IMG/VR virus record: IMGVR_UViG_3300009159_005447
Location: 6,447 to 70,446 of that record
Source: a virus
DNA length: 64,000 nucleotides
Strand: one strand, 5' to 3'
Shown: positions 37,086 to 48,967 of the stretch, piece after piece
Layout: every line of letters starts with the position of its first letter
How positions within the stretch are numbered: the first letter of the stretch is position 1
The notes under the pieces: generated by a model
What the model was told of the DNA's origin: nothing
Seen by the model: only the letters and a program-made list of their open reading frames with translations
The model's database searches: none
Position numbers and translations under genes: made by a program

Positions 37086-38984
37086 TTAATCCTTCTTGAC
37101 TTCTTTAACTTCCGCATCAACTACATCAGCTGGTGCTTGTGCTACTTCTGGACTGGCTTCTGGCTTTTCAGCCTCAGACTTGACCTGCATAAGTGGGCTA
37201 GTAGTTTGTACGTATTCTCCAATCTTAGCATTGATATCATTGGCGTCGTCTGCCTTCATTGATTCCTTAAGAGCAGTCAAGGCCTCATTGATTTTAGTCA
37301 ACTCTTCCACTTTGATCTGACTTCCGTATTTTTCAATGTCTTCGTCAAATTGATTGATTACACCTTCTGCGCTGTTACGTGCTTGTACCAGCTCAATGTG
37401 CTTCTTATCGGCTTCGGCATTAAGTTCAGCATCCTTGACCATTTGCTGAATTTCAGCTTCGGTTAGTCCACTGTCGCTTTTAATGGTAATATTATTAGCT
37501 TTGCCAGTGGCTTTGTCTGTGGCACTAATCTTCATAATGCCATTGGCATCAATGTCAAAGGTAACTTCGATTTGTGGTTGGCCACGACGTGCAGGTGCAA
37601 TTCCATCTAACTTAAACTCACCCAATACTTTGTTGTATTGGAATAGTTCACGCTCACCTTGTGCCACTTTAATATCAACTGCTGGTTGATTGTCGTCGGC
37701 GGTGCTAAACACTTGACTGTGTTTGGTTGGAATGGTTGTGTTCTTGGCAATCATCTTAGTCATTACACCACCAAGAGTTTCAATACCCAAGCTCAATGGT
37801 GTAACATCAAGTAATAGAACGTCCTTACGATCGCCACCTAGTACAGCACCTTGTACAGCGGCACCAGCGGCCACTGCTTCGTCTGGATTAACATCCTTGC
37901 GCGGCGCTTTGCCAAACAGTTTCTCAACGACTTCTTGCACCTTGGGCATACGTGTCATACCACCAACAAGGATAACTTCGTCAATGTCGTTGGATGTAAC
38001 GTTTGCATCTTTCATAGCAATCTTGCAGGGCTCTAAGCTACGTTGAATCAATTCGTCAACTAGGCTTTCTAGTTTGGCACGTGACAACTTAATGTTCATA
38101 TGCTTGGGACCAGTAGCATCTGCGGTGACATAAGGCAAGTTAACATCGGTCTGTGCGCTACTTGACAGCTCAATCTTGGCCTTTTCTGCGGCTTCTTTCA
38201 AACGTTGCAATGCTAGAACATCTTTACTTAGGTCAACGCCCTGGTCCTTCTTGAATTCATCAATCAAGTAATCCATAATGCGTTGGTCAAAGTCTTCACC
38301 ACCTAGGAATGTATCGCCGTTGGTGCTTAATACTTCAATTTGCTTGTCGCCATCTACGTTGGCAATTTCAATGATGGATACGTCAAATGTACCACCACCC
38401 AGGTCGTATACAGCAATCTTACGATCTTTCTTGTCTGCTTTGTCTACGCCGTAGGCTAGAGCGGCCGCAGTGGGCTCGTTAATAATACGCAATACTTCCA
38501 GACCTGCAATCTTACCTGCATCCTTGGTAGCTTGACGTTGGCTATCGTTAAAGTAAGCAGGTACTGTGATCACAGCCTGTGTTACTTCGTGACCCAAATA
38601 GTCCTCGGCAGTTTTCTTCATTTTACGAAGAACTTCGGCACTGATCTGTGGGGGTGCTAATTTATTGTCGTTAGCTTCAATCCAAGCATCTCCGTTATCT
38701 GCCTTGATAATTTTATAAGGCATTAAGTTGATGTCTTTTTGTACAGCCTCCTCAACAAACTTACGACCAATTAAACGCTTGGCCGCATAAATTGTGCTTC
38801 TGGGGTTAGTAACTGCTTGGCGTTTTGCACTTGCACCAACTAGTATTTCGTCGTTAGTATACGCAACAATACTAGGTGTGGTTCTAGCACCTTCGCTGTT
38901 TTCAATTACTTTGGGGATTCCGTTTTCTACAACGGCTACGCAAGAGTTTGTGGTACCCAAATCGATACCAATGATTTTGCTCAT
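37086..38984 (-). CDS. dnaK: Hsp70 chaperone DnaK
   Basis: [27 protein letters not shown]. Confidence 0.97.
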   Translation of the reverse strand: MSKIIGIDLGTTNSCVAVVENGIPKVIENSEGARTTPSIVAYTNDEILVGASAKRQAVTNPRSTIYAAKRLIGRKFVEEAVQKDINLMPYKIIKADNGDAWIEANDNKLAPPQISAEVLRKMKKTAEDYLGHEVTQAVITVPAYFNDSQRQATKDAGKIAGLEVLRIINEPTAAALAYGVDKADKKDRKIAVYDLGGGTFDVSIIEIANVDGDKQIEVLSTNGDTFLGGEDFDQRIMDYLIDEFKKDQGVDLSKDVLALQRLKEAAEKAKIELSSSAQTDVNLPYVTADATGPKHMNIKLSRAKLESLVDELIQRSLEPCKIAMKDANVTSNDIDEVILVGGMTRMPKVQEVVEKLFGKAPRKDVNPDEAVAAGAAVQGAVLGGDRKDVLLLDVTPLSLGIETLGGVMTKMIAKNTTIPTKHSQVFSTADDNQPAVDIKVAQGERELFQYNKVLGEFKLDGIAPARRGQPQIEVTFDIDANGIMKISATDKATGKANNITIKSDSGLTEAEIQQMVKDAELNAEADKKHIELVQARNSAEGVINQFDEDIEKYGSQIKVEELTKINEALTALKESMKADDANDINAKIGEYVQTTSPLMQVKSEAEKPEASPEVAQAPADVVDAEVKEVKKD

Positions 38985-39040
38985 TTTGTTTCTCCTATGT
39001 TAAGCAAGAATGATGTAAGACCCAATGGCATCTTACAAAA
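38985..39040 (-). promoter_or_regulatory. ROSE-like leader of dnaK
   Basis: Hairpin TGTAAGA-TGCC-ATT-GG-GTCTTACA, then TTCTTGCT-TAACAT-AGGAGAA. Confidence 0.6.
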
Positions 39041-39044
39041 TTAT

Positions 39045-40262
39045 TTATACCTGATCTTTAGTTTTTTTAAATTTTGTTCTAACAATTTCTTCCGTAATTT
39101 CAAGTTTACGTTCGGGCGATTTCTTTAACTTTTCAATGTCAAACAAATACGGTTGTACTATCTGCTCTAGTATACCCTTTAATGCCCTTGCACCACTTTC
39201 TAATTTAAGTGCTTCTTCTGCAATGGCTAATATTGCACCATCTGTAAAACTCAATTCTATGTTGTCAATGTTAAAATAAAATTGTGTCTGTTTAATTAAG
39301 TTATTTTTGGGTTCTACTAGAATACGAACCAGTCCGTCGAGATCTAAATTATCAACCTGTGTGATGATTGGAAAGCGTCCTGTAAACTCGGGAATCATTC
39401 CAAATTTAATAAAATCTTCTTGTCGGAAGTTACTGCGGTCAGTTTTACCTGATCCGGTAACGCTGTTAAATCCAATCTTGGATCCGCCAGCTAACCTTTT
39501 ATCAATGATATTGTCAAGGTCAGTGAACGCACCGGCAGCAATAAACAGAATATTTTTAGTGTCTATTTCCACAGTATCGTTGGCAACGTTTTTGCGATTG
39601 TTGCTAAGTTTAATTTGACACTTTGTACCTTCAACCAGCTTGAGCAGGGCCTGTTGCACACCTTCGCCGGATACATCACGCACCAATGGACTTTCACTGC
39701 GCCGTGCAATTTTATCAACTTCGTCAATGAAGACGATGCCTTGTTCGCATTTTTCTATATCGTACTCGGCTTCGGCTAGCAGCCTACTGATCATACTTTC
39801 AACGTCTTCGCCAACATAACCAGCTTCTGTCAGAGTAGTAGCATCAGCAATAACAAATGGAACTTTAAGGTAGCCTGCAATCTTACGGGCTAACAATGTT
39901 TTGCCTGATCCAGTGGGACCAAAAATTAAGATATTTGACTTTTCAACTTCTGCCTGTGGTTTGAAATATATGCGCTTATAATGATTTACAATGGCTACGC
40001 TGAGTGTAATCTTTGCGGCATCTTGCCCAACAATGTGCGTATCTAAATAACGTTTAACCTTGACTGGATCTAAAACTCCGTTGAGCTTCTTTTCCTTTTT
40101 AAGTTCGTCATTCTTTTCTTTGGTTAAGATATTGCTACAAAGGTCAATGCACTCGTCGCAAATACCAGCGTCATTGGCCACAATAAGTTTGTGTACTTCG
40201 TTGCGGTTCTTTCCGCAGAAGTTACAAAATACAGGTTGTGATGCTTGTAATATATTAGTCAT
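39045..40262 (-). CDS. clpX: ATP-dependent Clp protease ATPase ClpX (start MTNILQ)
   Basis: CNFCGK..CDEC zinc finger, [34 protein letters not shown]. Confidence 0.95.
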   Translation of the reverse strand: MTNILQASQPVFCNFCGKNRNEVHKLIVANDAGICDECIDLCSNILTKEKNDELKKEKKLNGVLDPVKVKRYLDTHIVGQDAAKITLSVAIVNHYKRIYFKPQAEVEKSNILIFGPTGSGKTLLARKIAGYLKVPFVIADATTLTEAGYVGEDVESMISRLLAEAEYDIEKCEQGIVFIDEVDKIARRSESPLVRDVSGEGVQQALLKLVEGTKCQIKLSNNRKNVANDTVEIDTKNILFIAAGAFTDLDNIIDKRLAGGSKIGFNSVTGSGKTDRSNFRQEDFIKFGMIPEFTGRFPIITQVDNLDLDGLVRILVEPKNNLIKQTQFYFNIDNIELSFTDGAILAIAEEALKLESGARALKGILEQIVQPYLFDIEKLKKSPERKLEITEEIVRTKFKKTKDQV

Positions 40263-40581
40263 TCTTTGAAAAATATTCCATTGCAGTAGCGTAAGGTTGA
40301 TCCTTACCAACCCACGTTATTTTACCCAGGACATCGTATAGTGGGATCAACCCTACTGGCTCGGTATTGTCTCTATTAATTATAATATGACTGCACTCAA
40401 GTGCAACCTCGCTTGCCCATTTATTATCTTGCATACCATCGTGATAAAGATATATTGTATACTCTTTATCACAGATACGCAACCAGCGCATTACCATATC
40501 AATGTCGATGGTTGTTGCGTTGAAAATAAGATATGCGTTGGGGGTGTTTGATTTATCCGGGGGTGTTATTACCGTACTCAT
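40255..40581 (-). CDS. hypothetical protein
   Basis: 108 aa, overlaps both neighbours. Confidence 0.6.
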   Translation of the reverse strand: MSTVITPPDKSNTPNAYLIFNATTIDIDMVMRWLRICDKEYTIYLYHDGMQDNKWASEVALECSHIIINRDNTEPVGLIPLYDVLGKITWVGKDQPYATAMEYFSKND

Positions 40582-42508
40582 TGCCTAGAAATTCTGCTAT
40601 TTGTTGACGTTCGGTGTCGCTTAGATCGTCAGGATCATAACGGCCGGCTTCGATCTCAACTACAAGATACTTGATATACTCTTCGTTGTACACATAAGTG
40701 TCGGTTAACTCTTTTTCTACTTCAATCCACTTTGACCCATTGTACTTAAACAAACGATTGGGTTTGTAGTCTACTCGTAGATATAGTTCACTGCGCTCTG
40801 GGGCAGGCGGAAATGATGTGCCAAAGTGTGCTTTAACTTCACGAGGCACAGCTTGATCATTGTCAGCTGTTAATTGCGTGTCAGCTGTGATTTCTTTAAT
40901 CTTTGGATCAAATGTTTCAACAACGTCTGTTTTAACTTTTGGCGGTGGTTCTGCCGCTTCGGCCATCACTACAGTTTTAGCTTTTCGGGGTGCCGCTGCC
41001 TCGGTGTTGTAATTAACAGGAGCAGGTACTTCTGGAAACAATGTGCTAACGGCAACAACTGGGCCTGTGGGTAAGAATGCCTCTACGGACTTTTTAAGTT
41101 GCTCAACTTGCTCATCAGTTAACGGACCGTCGTCTGGTTCGTATGCTGGTACTGGTTCAGATATAATTACGTTTGGCAATCCTTCGAGACTCTCTCCAGC
41201 ATCCAATCTACGTGCCACTTCCTTGCCATTGGCCAAGAATTCCTGTAATTCTTGTTCTTTGGCTTCTTCGTCTTCTATGGCCTGCAATGTTTCTTCGCTA
41301 ATGCGATACACATCTTCTTCGGTCCAATCTTCGTCGCCAAACTTGTAATCGTACTCTGGTTTAACGGAAAGCGGTGCCGGCGGAATGTATGTTATCTCAA
41401 TGGGTTCTTCATCTAAGAACGGACCATCTATTACATCACATTCTTTGTTAGGACAGAAAGGACCAATGCCCGGGGCCATTATCAATGGAGTTTTGCATTT
41501 GTAGCAAGGATCTAATTCAGCGTCGCTGGGTTCCTCGGGCTTATGCACCATTGGAGTCAAATTTTGAAAATGTGCAAAAGGTACATTTAAATAAGGGTGC
41601 TTGCTAGTGTTAAAGTCGTCAGGTGGTGCTGGGGGAACTTCGAGTACAGCACTTTCTCCCTGTTCATCCTGGACGGTAACTTGTTCATCTGCTCGGCGTG
41701 CCGCTTCTTTTGCTTGATCAAAAAATGCATTGATCTTTTCTTGTTCTTTATCTTCTCTAGCCCATTCTAATTGCCTGGATCCTGCCAAGATTAACACCAG
41801 TGCCAGTGGATCAAATACAACCACAATAAGAATAATAACCCAACGTACTGCACGTTCTAGTAGATCAGCATCGGGATTGTCGCCATAGGCGAATGCCGCA
41901 ATGTATTTTATCGGCCCAACTTCTGCTTCAACTTTACGTACTTCAGCGGCAATAGGCGCCCTTTCTTCAGATAATTGACTAATAATTTTCTGTTCGGCAG
42001 TGATCTCAGATTGGAGACGAGCACGTTCTTTTTGTTGTCCTCTTCGAATCGCAACTGCTTTGTCAGCACCCTTTTCATCTTGGCTTCGGCCCATAACTTG
42101 GTCCACAGCCTCATCCATCTGTTTAAGCGCCTTACGGTTCGCATCTATATTGTCCTTTGCAGTTTTGATTTTCTCATCATATATTGCAATCTTACCTTGT
42201 ACATCACCCGATACTAAACTCTGGTCACTGTGAGCCTTACTTAGGAATCCAAAAATACCCATAGAAGTCAGCAACATTAAAAACAGTACCGCGGGTATCA
42301 AATATGCTTTATATAAAAAAGAGCTTCTGCTCCAATTCTTGTGTAACCAAACTGTTGCAGTAACTTTGCCAACTTCTAGTGCGCCACCCATAACCACAAC
42401 AGGCAAAACGGCCGCGGCAAAGATAGCCGTCAGACCTAGTACAGAATAATATGCGGCAACTAAACTTAATGTTAGTGCCACAAATAATGTGAGATAACCA
42501 AATAGCAT
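40553..42508 (-). CDS. multi-pass membrane protein with coiled coil and long acidic Pro-rich tail
   Basis: Three N-terminal TMs, coiled coil, fourth TM (IVVVFDPLAL), CxxC..CxxxxC motif; start MLFGYL after TAAATA. Confidence 0.7.
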   Translation of the reverse strand: MLFGYLTLFVALTLSLVAAYYSVLGLTAIFAAAVLPVVVMGGALEVGKVTATVWLHKNWSRSSFLYKAYLIPAVLFLMLLTSMGIFGFLSKAHSDQSLVSGDVQGKIAIYDEKIKTAKDNIDANRKALKQMDEAVDQVMGRSQDEKGADKAVAIRRGQQKERARLQSEITAEQKIISQLSEERAPIAAEVRKVEAEVGPIKYIAAFAYGDNPDADLLERAVRWVIILIVVVFDPLALVLILAGSRQLEWAREDKEQEKINAFFDQAKEAARRADEQVTVQDEQGESAVLEVPPAPPDDFNTSKHPYLNVPFAHFQNLTPMVHKPEEPSDAELDPCYKCKTPLIMAPGIGPFCPNKECDVIDGPFLDEEPIEITYIPPAPLSVKPEYDYKFGDEDWTEEDVYRISEETLQAIEDEEAKEQELQEFLANGKEVARRLDAGESLEGLPNVIISEPVPAYEPDDGPLTDEQVEQLKKSVEAFLPTGPVVAVSTLFPEVPAPVNYNTEAAAPRKAKTVVMAEAAEPPPKVKTDVVETFDPKIKEITADTQLTADNDQAVPREVKAHFGTSFPPAPERSELYLRVDYKPNRLFKYNGSKWIEVEKELTDTYVYNEEYIKYLVVEIEAGRYDPDDLSDTERQQIAEFLGNEYGNNTPG

Positions 42509-42602
42509 ATCTGTATTTACCGAAAATATGTGAGTAGAATTAGAACTGTCGTGTAGTATAACACAACAGGTCAACCTATGTCAACAATTATTGGATTTAA
42601 AT

Positions 42603-44243
42603 TTATCCTTTATAACCACCACGATAGGGATTATAAAGATAATTGTTTGGCCCACCAAGTAGTGCAGTGGAATTGTACCAGTCGTCGTCTTTGGCAGAAG
42701 TGGAGATTTGATTTTTAATACCAAAATTTTGAATCCATTTTTTACAATTAGCTGGTGTTGTTTTGGGATTCTTAGAAAGATATAATGCCAGTACACCAGT
42801 TACCTGTGGAGCAGCCATACTAGTTCCACTGATCTTACAAACATAATGATTTTGAGCAGGATCTGTAGAAGGCGGCCTGCCAAACATATAAGGGTTTAGT
42901 GGTCTGAATCCCGATTGTGCTGGATCGGAATTTGACGCGGCACGACTAGTGGCAGCAGTAATCATAGTTCCGGGTGCAACAACATCACAGCCTGGTCCTC
43001 TTTCACTGTACGTTCCTAATACTTCTAACAACAAATTGCCTCGGTATATTGGACTCTGGGAAGCGGCGCTGACAGTGATAACGTTAGTAGATCTTGGGCT
43101 ACCACCCCTGTGATAATAGATAGGGGAACCTGGTGGGAACACTCCGGCATAATAGTTATTAGTGGTGTAATAGTTATCGTAGTCTTTGCCACGGGCCACA
43201 TCAATTTTGTTTCCGTAGTTTCCAGAACTGTGTACAAAAATTACTCCTTCTTTTTCTGCGTCAGTAACTTCAGCGTCAACAGAAGGAATTTCCAATCCGT
43301 GTATCCCATTATACCCTGGTTGCATACCATATCGTTGTTGTGGTTCAACTGGCGTATTGTATGTGTTTAATGTACCCCTGTACTTAATGGAATTTATAAT
43401 ATTGTAATTTTTATTATCGTTGTAATACCAAGCGTACCCCCAACTCATATTAACTACAGTGGGTCGTCGTGCTCCAGTCTTTGGATCAATGGGTTTCTTT
43501 TTGTGCCACACCCGAATAAGGTCAAATTGATCATCAGAATCAATGGCCTGAGAGGTATCGCCAAATACTCGTATTGAATATAATCTTGCATTTTTTGCCG
43601 CGCCAAATGTTTTGCCAGCGGCAGTTGAAGCTACGTGTGTTCCGTGTTGACCTTGACTATCACCACCAGTAGTTCTGCAAACATAGTGGTTTGGTGGCAT
43701 AGTGCCGGGAATACCAGTGGCAGCATACCAGTCTATACGCCGAACACGGCTAGCACCAGTTGAATCTAAAAATTCCGGGTGTTCCCAGTCTATACCATCA
43801 TCCATAATTATGATGTCAACACCAGCGCCATCATTGTCGTACTCATATGAATTGCCTGTTGCTGCCTCAGCTTTTAACAAAGATGACCTACGTAATCCCC
43901 AATTGACATTGTATTTGTCGTCTGCACTATTCCTATTAAAATTTCCATTGGTTCCGTCATATGCTCTATTACGCTGAACAGCGTGATGCATACGTGAATC
44001 GGGATTTGGTGGACGGTGTACTGCCACTACCCTGGTATCTTTGTCAAGGTCGGCAGCTTCTTGATCAGTAAGGTAATAATGTGTAATTCTTGGATTGCCC
44101 AGTCTAGGATTTGCAACACCCACGGGCCTATCTGGAATAGTCCTATGATTCACACCGTTGCGGCCAGTAGTATCCAACGTGAGATCTACGTGCAGACTAT
44201 CAATGTCTGTCTCACTGTTAGCTACAACTATGTATTCATTCAT
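42603..44243 (-). CDS. subtilisin-like (S8) serine protease
   Basis: IMDDG, HGTHVASTAAG, SGTSMAAPQVTG catalytic triad motifs. Confidence 0.9.
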   Translation of the reverse strand: MNEYIVVANSETDIDSLHVDLTLDTTGRNGVNHRTIPDRPVGVANPRLGNPRITHYYLTDQEAADLDKDTRVVAVHRPPNPDSRMHHAVQRNRAYDGTNGNFNRNSADDKYNVNWGLRRSSLLKAEAATGNSYEYDNDGAGVDIIIMDDGIDWEHPEFLDSTGASRVRRIDWYAATGIPGTMPPNHYVCRTTGGDSQGQHGTHVASTAAGKTFGAAKNARLYSIRVFGDTSQAIDSDDQFDLIRVWHKKKPIDPKTGARRPTVVNMSWGYAWYYNDNKNYNIINSIKYRGTLNTYNTPVEPQQRYGMQPGYNGIHGLEIPSVDAEVTDAEKEGVIFVHSSGNYGNKIDVARGKDYDNYYTTNNYYAGVFPPGSPIYYHRGGSPRSTNVITVSAASQSPIYRGNLLLEVLGTYSERGPGCDVVAPGTMITAATSRAASNSDPAQSGFRPLNPYMFGRPPSTDPAQNHYVCKISGTSMAAPQVTGVLALYLSKNPKTTPANCKKWIQNFGIKNQISTSAKDDDWYNSTALLGGPNNYLYNPYRGGYKG

Positions 44244-44257
44244 ATATTACCTTTTTA

Positions 44258-47200
44258 TTAGAACGTAGTCTCCCAGCCAACTATGCGGATCCAAATATTA
44301 GCTGATCCGTCGTAATTTGCTGTACAATAATAGAAATAAGTCGATCCATCCCAGGCCACATCGCCAGCTTGGTCGCCTACGCCGCCAACACTAGAAGCTG
44401 GTATGCTGGCTACGTACCTGCCAGGCGTTCCGGGGAACCCACTAGGACCAGTTGCACCAAGGCTACCAGTATATCCATATCCGCCCTGTGGACCAGCTGA
44501 TCCAGCAGGCCCAGTTGCCCCATTAACGCCAGTTGCCCCAGCAACGCCAGTTGCACCTCGCACGCCAGTGGCACCAGTGGCGCCCGCTGGGCCAGTGGCA
44601 CCTGTAATACCAAACGGTCCAGTAGCACCAGTTAAACCAGTGGTACCAGTAGTACCTGCAGGTCCAGTGGCACCTTGGTTGCCTTGCACACCAGTGGCAC
44701 CTTGTCCACCAGCTGGTCCAATTGGACCACTAGGTCCAGTAGAACCAGGAGGACCAACTAATCCTTGTACGCCTGTGGGACCAGTGGAACCCACACGATC
44801 AATGCCTGTAGCACCAGTTAAACCAGTAAGTCCAATTGGGCCTTCTGGACCAGTTGCCCCAGTTGTACCAAAGCTGCCAGTATATCCTGTATCACCACGA
44901 TCGCCTTTACTGCCTATGTATCCAATTGGGCCTGTGGAACCCTGTGGCCCAACAACAGTACCAGCACGGTACCAGCCCGATGATATAGACCAAACATATA
45001 ATCCGCGGTCTGCGTCAACAATCCAAGCATCGCCGGGTAAGTTATTCACTGTTGGCAATTGACTGGCTAATGCCAATGATCCTTGGATGTTTAAACTAAC
45101 ACCAGTAGGTCCAGTTGCGCCCTGAGATCCTGTAAAGCCAATATCACCTTTAACGCCAGTTGCGCCAAAACTTCCTGTGTACCCATATGGTCCAGTTGCG
45201 CCTTGGGATCCGGTGTAGCCTGTGGCACCAAATACACCAGTTGCGCCTGCAAGACCGTTTGGTCCTCTAGCACCAGTGGCACCTGTTGGCCCTTCTAATC
45301 CCTGTGTACCTTGGTTGCCCTGAATACCTTGGTTACCCTGCGGACCTGTGGCACCCGATGGCCCAAGTGGACCACTTGGGCCTAATAGACCGGTTGCGCC
45401 AACTACACCTTGTGCGCCAGTTAAACCTGTGGCACCCGTTACGCCAGTAGCCCCAGTGGCACCAAGCTCGCCAATTAAACCAGCAATACCTCTAGCACCG
45501 GTGGCGCCTTGATTACCAATTGGGCCAGTGGATCCCTGACTGCCTGTGTATCCAATTGGTCCGCTGGGACCAGTGGATCCCACACCAGTGGCACCTAAAC
45601 TACCTGTATATCCCTGTATTCCTCGGGGACCTGTTGCACCCAGCGGGCCCGAAGCACCACTCGGTCCTGAAATATTTCCAACATTGGTCCAGGTAGTACC
45701 GCTCCATACCCACAAATTATTAGTATCGGCAGTGATATACGAGTCACCAACAGCGCCAGTGTACGGTGCGGGCAATGCGGTGCTGTTAGCCAACGAGCCA
45801 ATAATTTTAACGCTGGTTCCATCAGATCCACGTGGGCCTGTACTACCCTCTGGCCCAGTAGCGCCTGTTGCACCATCGGGTCCTGTTGCACCCTGTATAC
45901 CTGTGGCACCAGTATCACCAACGCCCGTGGGTCCTTGACTACCAGTGAAACCAATGTCGCCTGTTGCGCCAGTGGATCCTGTTGCGCCAGTGTCACCAAT
46001 AACACCCTGACTACCTGCATATCCAAGTGGGCCTGTAGCACCTGTTTCGCCTTGGCTACCAACATATCCGTCTACGCCTTGACTGCCAGTATATCCAATG
46101 CTGCCAGTATATCCAATTGGGCCTGTGGAACCAGTATTACCAGACATACCAGTGGCACCGGGAACACCGGTAGCCCCTTCGATGCCCCGATCACCTTTAG
46201 CACCAGTTGCACCTAAGTCTCCCTGTGGCCCAACAACACCAGTGGCACCAGTTAAACCGTTTGTTCCACGTAGTCCTGTAGCACCTGTTTCGCCACGAGC
46301 ACCAAATGGTCCAGTTGCACCGATTACGCCAGTTGCACCAATTACGCCAGTTGCACCAATGGAACCTTGAGGTCCTTGATTTCCAGATATGCCACGTGGG
46401 CCGGTGGCACCAGTCGCACCGCCTGGGCCGCTAGCACCAGTAGGACCACCCGACGGTCCAATTGGACCTTGCGGACCCGTGGCGCCCTGTGGACCAACTA
46501 GTTGTCCTAAATCTACCCACTCTGCACCAGAGTAGGCCCAGATACTTTGACCAATAATGTAGGCATCTCCAGCATCTGCGCCAACTGGCAACCCAGACTG
46601 GTTATTCAGAAGTCCTAGCATACGTAGCATACCAATTGGCACGCCATTGATTGTAGTGCCAATCGGTAAGGAGATCTGTCCACCCACAGTTGTGTTTATA
46701 ATATTTTCACCAATGCCCAGTGTATCATTTACACGCAAGTCGCTAATGTAAATCTTACCATCGTTGCCGGTAACTGGAACATTGTCTAAGTAAAGAGCAC
46801 CACTGGCTCCTAGATATAAATCTTTAAATTGTTTTGACGTGCTACCAATGCTGTAAGTTTCGGTGCTTAATGGTAAAATGTCTGTGTTAACTTTGGTTAA
46901 GTCAACATTGCTGTTGCCCCCGCCCCCACCACTGGCTAATAATGCGTCAATCTGTGACTGTGTATAATAGTCATCTATAATGAACGCTGTATTCTGTTCT
47001 GTGCTGTCCGGAAACCGTATTGCCCCGGAAGTTTTAAAAATCCAGGTTTTATCTCCGCCACCATTGTAACCGGCAACAATAGATGCATTCTCGGGGCTCT
47101 GTACACTGTTGCCCGAGAATGTGATTAAACTATCGTTAAAGGAATCATCCCCGCCAACTGCTATATTGCCGTCGATGAGGTCCTGGAAATTTGAGTTGAT

Positions 47201-47281
47201 CTTTGTAAAAGCCGTGCGTAGCGAATCGCCATCTCCACTACTTGGCCCAGATCCTGTGTCTACAAGTCTAATGTTACCCAT
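44258..47281 (-). CDS. collagen-like (Gly-X-Y) virion fibre protein
   Basis: N-terminal [17 protein letters not shown] attachment-type motif; long GAT/GPT/GYT triplet runs; TATAAATA at 47302-47309. Confidence 0.8.
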   Translation of the reverse strand: MGNIRLVDTGSGPSSGDGDSLRTAFTKINSNFQDLIDGNIAVGGDDSFNDSLITFSGNSVQSPENASIVAGYNGGGDKTWIFKTSGAIRFPDSTEQNTAFIIDDYYTQSQIDALLASGGGGGNSNVDLTKVNTDILPLSTETYSIGSTSKQFKDLYLGASGALYLDNVPVTGNDGKIYISDLRVNDTLGIGENIINTTVGGQISLPIGTTINGVPIGMLRMLGLLNNQSGLPVGADAGDAYIIGQSIWAYSGAEWVDLGQLVGPQGATGPQGPIGPSGGPTGASGPGGATGATGPRGISGNQGPQGSIGATGVIGATGVIGATGPFGARGETGATGLRGTNGLTGATGVVGPQGDLGATGAKGDRGIEGATGVPGATGMSGNTGSTGPIGYTGSIGYTGSQGVDGYVGSQGETGATGPLGYAGSQGVIGDTGATGSTGATGDIGFTGSQGPTGVGDTGATGIQGATGPDGATGATGPEGSTGPRGSDGTSVKIIGSLANSTALPAPYTGAVGDSYITADTNNLWVWSGTTWTNVGNISGPSGASGPLGATGPRGIQGYTGSLGATGVGSTGPSGPIGYTGSQGSTGPIGNQGATGARGIAGLIGELGATGATGVTGATGLTGAQGVVGATGLLGPSGPLGPSGATGPQGNQGIQGNQGTQGLEGPTGATGARGPNGLAGATGVFGATGYTGSQGATGPYGYTGSFGATGVKGDIGFTGSQGATGPTGVSLNIQGSLALASQLPTVNNLPGDAWIVDADRGLYVWSISSGWYRAGTVVGPQGSTGPIGYIGSKGDRGDTGYTGSFGTTGATGPEGPIGLTGLTGATGIDRVGSTGPTGVQGLVGPPGSTGPSGPIGPAGGQGATGVQGNQGATGPAGTTGTTGLTGATGPFGITGATGPAGATGATGVRGATGVAGATGVNGATGPAGSAGPQGGYGYTGSLGATGPSGFPGTPGRYVASIPASSVGGVGDQAGDVAWDGSTYFYYCTANYDGSANIWIRIVGWETTF

Positions 47282-47326
47282 ATATTGTGTCCTATAAACA
47301 GTATTTATAGGATATATGCGATTAGG

Positions 47327-47650
47327 TCAGATGCTAAAACTGCTACCGCAACCGCAGGTTGACTGTGCATTTGGGTTTGTTATAACAAATTCCTTGGCCC
47401 AAAGTTCGTCTTTAAACCCTATGGAAGAGCCGTCTAAGTACATTGCACTCATTGAGTCAACTAGTATTTTAAACGTTGCACAGTCAATGACGTGATCGTC
47501 TTCGTTGGCTATTTCGTCTAGTGTAAATCCATAACTAAACCCCGAACAGCCACCACCTTGCACAAATATGCGTAGTTTAAGATCGGGGTTGCCTTCATCT
47601 GCCAGGATATCGCGTATTCTTTCCTGTGCTGTATCTTGTACTGTGATCAT
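47327..47650 (-). CDS. erpA: A-type Fe-S carrier ErpA/IscA (HesB family)
   Basis: GGGCSGFSY, NPNAQSTCGCGSSF. Confidence 0.85.
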   Translation of the reverse strand: MITVQDTAQERIRDILADEGNPDLKLRIFVQGGGCSGFSYGFTLDEIANEDDHVIDCATFKILVDSMSAMYLDGSSIGFKDELWAKEFVITNPNAQSTCGCGSSFSI

Positions 47651-48207
47651 TTAATGCCGCCGTAGATTCTGCGATTGATTTTTTCCCAATCAATACAACG
47701 CCATATATTGTCTAGATATTTTTCTTTATTGCTGGCATAATCCAGGGCCCAGGAGTGTTCCCACCAGTCAATAAGTAGAGCTATATCCTTTTTAATCACG
47801 TGATTACGAATGGTTTTGATTTCACCACTGCGTGACATATAGACCCAACCCGAACCTTGTATACCCATTGCTGTTTTTTTAACTTCATCTTTGAAGCGAT
47901 CAAAACTGGTCCAGCGACGGTTAATAAGTCCAAGACTGGTGCCGTGCGGTTTATTACCATTGCGAGGATTCATTAATTGTGTAAAATAAACGTTGTGCAG
48001 GTAAGCGCCAGCTTCATTAAACGCAGGATCTCCCTGGCCTGCATTGTAACGATCAACATAGCCTTTATATAACTTGCCGTAATGATAATTCACAGCGGCC
48101 ATACTTAAAACAGGAGACAGTCCGTCTCTAGGATAAGGTAATTTTGCTTGTTCCAACGTTGGTCCGCTTTTAGCTTCGACCAAATTAATTGCTCTACGTA
48201 AATCCAT
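47647..48207 (-). CDS. Fe/Mn superoxide dismutase-like protein
   Basis: LPY...YHYGK, LHNVYF, QGSGW, DWWEH. Confidence 0.85.
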   Translation of the reverse strand: MDLRRAINLVEAKSGPTLEQAKLPYPRDGLSPVLSMAAVNYHYGKLYKGYVDRYNAGQGDPAFNEAGAYLHNVYFTQLMNPRNGNKPHGTSLGLINRRWTSFDRFKDEVKKTAMGIQGSGWVYMSRSGEIKTIRNHVIKKDIALLIDWWEHSWALDYASNKEKYLDNIWRCIDWEKINRRIYGGIK

Positions 48208-48431
48208 TACTTATTACGGTATACCACTCGACCACGATGCATATCATACGGACTCATTTCAATATCAACACTGTCCCCTAATAGGATTTGAATATTGTGT
48301 TGACGTAACTTTCCGCCGATGGTGGCAATAATCTTATGATTTTTGTTATCGTTTAATACTACTCTAAACATCGCATTGGGCAATACTTCCTCAACTTTGC
48401 CTTGTGTGCGAATCATATCTTCTTTAGCCAA
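48207..48431 (-). CDS. infA: translation initiation factor IF-1
   Basis: TTG start; AKEDMI..GKVEEVLPNAMFRV, GD.V.IEMSPYD..RGR. Confidence 0.93.
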   Translation of the reverse strand: MAKEDMIRTQGKVEEVLPNAMFRVVLNDNKNHKIIATIGGKLRQHNIQILLGDSVDIEMSPYDMHRGRVVYRNK

Positions 48432-48457
48432 GTGGCACTTCTCCTTTAAAAATGTAT

Positions 48458-48805
48458 TTAGCGACTATCTAGCTCAATTACCGTTGACTCCACGACTTTA
48501 GCTAGGTTTAAAGCCGCTTGTTTGTTTAAAATGATGTGATGTTCTTGGCGGTTAACACCGTTGACTAAGACATTCCACGCTGTTCTGAAACGATTAAATT
48601 TTTTGTCCCAGAACGGTGTCCACGTATCAACGTAGAAGCCAACTTCTACATCCTGTGTTTCTTTGTCGCCATTAACTTCAATCCACATTTTTACACTGTG
48701 CTCGGTACTGCTACAATCACATTCAATGTGATAGTTTTTAGCATCACCGTAATCCCCAGCTAGAGAAATACCACGAGCTGGTGTTTGTGCCTTGAGTGCG
48801 GTCAT
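48458..48805 (-). CDS. hypothetical protein
   Basis: 115 aa; CDC...H; AAGGA SD. Confidence 0.65.
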   Translation of the reverse strand: MTALKAQTPARGISLAGDYGDAKNYHIECDCSSTEHSVKMWIEVNGDKETQDVEVGFYVDTWTPFWDKKFNRFRTAWNVLVNGVNRQEHHIILNKQAALNLAKVVESTVIELDSR

Positions 48806-48966
48806 TTTTTTCCTTGTTGATATTTAAATTCGCGCTTTAACCAGTACTTGTACCTGTCCCAATACTCTTTTATAGAATAGGGCAATTCGCGGTGCATAAG
48901 TCTTTCTTCTGCATTGTCTATCCAAATATTTCTAACCCAACCACGAAATTTGGTATCTTTTTTCAT
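48802..48966 (-). CDS. 54-aa hypothetical protein, not in ORF track
   Basis: MKKDTKFRGWVRNIWIDN...WLKREFKYQQGKK*; fills the gap exactly with coupled ends. Confidence 0.6.
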   Translation of the reverse strand: MKKDTKFRGWVRNIWIDNAEERLMHRELPYSIKEYWDRYKYWLKREFKYQQGKK

Positions 48967-48967
48967 T

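Noticed and set aside
44403-46370. Plus-strand PVAPVAP-repeat ORFs (219, 130, 93 and 90 aa) and alternate-frame ORFs
   Set aside because: Antisense or frame shadows of the collagen Gly-X-Y codons; no RBS
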